A stretch of DNA of 64,000 bases from Marsupella aquatica. Its lineage: Eukaryota; Plantae; Marchantiophyta. Numbering within the stretch: position 1 is the stretch's first letter; each line of letters starts with the position of its first letter. The notes under the pieces are model-generated. The model was not told where the DNA came from and made no database searches. It worked only from the letters and a program-made list of their open reading frames with translations. Location of the stretch: contig OZ316897.1 in the NCBI GenBank assembly GCA_973895155.1, positions 15,747,375 to 15,811,374 on the forward strand, written 5' to 3'. Shown here piece by piece: positions 61,601-64,000 of the stretch. Both the position numbers and the translations under genes were made by a program.

Positions 61601-63018
61601 TTCGAAGTGGTTTGTGCAGAATAGCTTCCAAGAACAGAAGTGGGCTTCTCTTGAGATTCTGTTGAAGGCACTACAATTGCACACAGTGTTCAATAATTTG
61701 CCGCACGTACAGTGTCCAATAATCAGAAGTTGAATTTTTGAAATTCCTGGCAAAGCCCTAAGTTATAAGCAAAATATTCAAACTCTGAAGTACAATTAAC
61801 ACCCGTGGCATTATGACAAGCAAAAGCTTTCTGAAAATTTTGAAACCTTTCAAAACTGCCGAAGGAAATTGAGTATGTGTACCAGCATCTTTGTTGTGCT
61901 TTCTCTTCAGAGCCTTATTGTATTCATGCTTCCGGTTTTTGATTGCTTCGTAAACATCCTCTAGCCTCCACTGTAGAATTCTTGTCTCCCCGCTGACTTC
62001 ATCGCAAAAGACCAGAGCCTTTAGTTCACTCATGCGCTTCTTTGCATACTCCATGCACATTAATTTCACCTTCTCACATTTCTTGAAGTCTTGGGTCATG
62101 AAAGACTGCAATTCCTCGTTTCCATCTATATCTGAAAACCAGTTCCTGATCTTTCTCATGTTCTCATTGTGTGCCAAATGGGCACTGGGATATAGCTTGA
62201 GCAGCTTCCGTCCTCCTGACTTATCTTTGAAGATATCCTTGTAGGATGGGAAGTCAGTTGTCTGTGATTAAAAATGAGCACAAGAAAGACAGTCAGCGGT
62301 TTGGTTCAAAATTGCAAGAGACACTAAAAAATGCAACACATTCACTTGAGATAAATAGTTTACGTACATCATGGCCTGGTACAATGCATGAAACTTTCAC
62401 TAGCTCAAGATATATAAGGCATGCGGGACTCCAATCTTCTCTGCTCTAATTGCACATGTATTTGGAAATATGGTGAATAACACTTCAAAGTAGAATCAAG
62501 ACTAAATAGCGGGTGTTAATGAACTGAAACTTACAGCAGCAAGCTTGGGAGAACGCATGGGAGAAGGGACGTACCTTTTCAAGCGAAGTGTTTTTTGACG
62601 TATCATCCATGGACGTAGATTGCGCCCTCTTGCCAATTTCATCTGATCTGGTCCTGACAAAAGGAGTTGTTTCTTGCCTGCACCCAGTTCTTGGTGTCGT
62701 GGAGCCAGTTATTGTTGGTTGCTCCCGCACTGAAGACGCTGTGTTAACTACAGCTGCAGTTGTAGGGTAGTCCAAATCATCAAGCAATTTTTTACGGAAA
62801 TTGCACTGCACTACCCACTTCTTTATTTTAATGCGATGCCCAGGGATCTGAATTCCAGATTCCTTCAAGAGGCTATCAATCTCCTCCTCCGAACACATGA
62901 AGATGGAGCCATCTATGCCATTGTCAACAAAGGTCTTCACATATTTTTCGCACTTAAGGAATTTGGCAACTGCAAAGCCAACTTCTCTTTCAGACATGGA
63001 AGGTAGAGCAGTCGACAT
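58655..63018 (-). CDS. Multi-exon gene with an N-terminal SAM-like domain, function unknown
   Basis: Exon 1 (63018-62575) reads LKCEKYVKTFVDNGIDGSIF..EEEIDSLLKESGIQIPGHRIKI, a SAM pattern. Exon 2 (62261-61883) joins in frame. Further exon-like ORFs at ~60900-60620, 60345-59930, 59670-59490, 59290-59180 and 58960-58655; inner boundaries approximate. Confidence 0.65.
60868..61857. repeat. About 255-263-bp tandem repeat (x4) in an intron of the SAM-domain gene
   Basis: Units start at ~60868, 61123, 61386 and 61644 with GCTTCTCATGAGATTCTGTCGAAGACACTACAGCTGCAC. Confidence 0.9.
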
Positions 63019-64000
63019 GTTCTCTGAAGTTTAGAGAACCAAAATTGCACACACTAAACAACAAAACTTAGTGGCAAGCACTCACTCAGTAGATACTCGC
63101 ATCTAGTTCACTCGCACTGGTGGAGTCACAAGCAAACTTAGTGGATCAGCGCTCATCCGATACTTAATCAAGATCACTCAAAGCACATACTACCTAGCAG
63201 GAACGTAAAGTCCTCCCTCCCTCGAAACTGTGAATATGGAATTACAATGCCACTAGCACTGAGATATGCTGATGACTCACGCTGACATAAATTGATCAAA
63301 TTATAGCTTGAATTACAGCTGCCCTCAAATTACAGGCTGCAGCTGTCGATCTTGGCATATCCATCGACCAGTACCTGCATGTAGGTAGGTGGTGGGAGTA
63401 CATGGGGATCAGAGACAAATTGTTCACAGAGAATTTAAATTCCAAATTTCAAACATTGAGAAGAGGCGGTAAGTTTGATTCTGAGGAAGACATGAGAGAG
63501 CGGCAACCATAGCCCCTAGTACAATTTAAAAATCTTGAAAGAAAGATTCTAAGAAGGCGTGAAAGGCGCGCCCGGCGTGCGCACCTTATCAGGATTTAAT
63601 TCTGAAGAAGGCATGAGAGAGCCGCGCCCATTCCTGCCCAATGTCTTGATTTGAAAATCTTGAATTTTTGATTCAATGCATTGGAAAGAGGTGTACATGT
63701 TTGATTCTCACCAAGTGTGACAACCATCTAAATATGGGCCTTCAAAGTCAAAATTGATTTTTCTTCAAGTTATCCAGGTGCAAGGTGTGTTTGATTCTCA
63801 AGTTGGCGCCATTGTTGATGTATGAACCTTAAAGAATCTGGATGACTTGCCTGAATGATGTGCATTCATAAAAGCGTCGCTATTCTCTGATAGTAAATAG
63901 TTAAGCAGGGCAGCCGACAATTTAGTTGAACAAGCCCATGTACAACACTATCATCTCTGTTTACCCGTAGTCCAACCTTGCATTCATAAAAGCCTAGGTA

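Overview
Repeat-rich, intron-bearing plant nuclear DNA. A non-seed land plant (liverwort/bryophyte-like) is my inference from gene content and style. The main signal is two highly diverged members of one DNA-transposon family. Element A spans 9261-20964 with 25-bp TIRs and a 4-bp ACTT target-site duplication; its empty site is visible in an inverted paralogous segment near 38231. Element B spans 46212-54332 with 32-bp TIRs. Each encodes (i) a spliced Sola-like/DUF7869-type DDD transposase and (ii) a spliced protein joining a ParB/Srx-like domain to a prokaryote-type beta-class amino (N6-adenine/N4-cytosine) DNA methyltransferase. Each element is also seeded, mostly in introns and intergenic spacers, with its own 16-bp palindrome: CCGATAAATTTATCGG in A and TTCATGAATTCATGAA in B, both with an AATT core. 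This resembles a ParB/parS-like self-recognition and self-marking system; the function is inference. Both genes of B splice into open frames (about 1099 aa and 955 aa). A is disabled by three stops plus a frameshift and carries three extra cargo ORFs, one F-box-like. B is nested in a solo LTR inside a truncated CACTA element that also holds a LINE fragment and a MITE. The rest of the window holds inverted duplications, hAT-like CTCGGGGG MITEs, a probable non-autonomous Helitron, an intronless RBX1-like ORF, a WDR8/WRAP73 pseudogene fragment, a truncated F-box/kelch ORF, a Ser-rich repeat ORF and a multi-exon SAM-domain gene.
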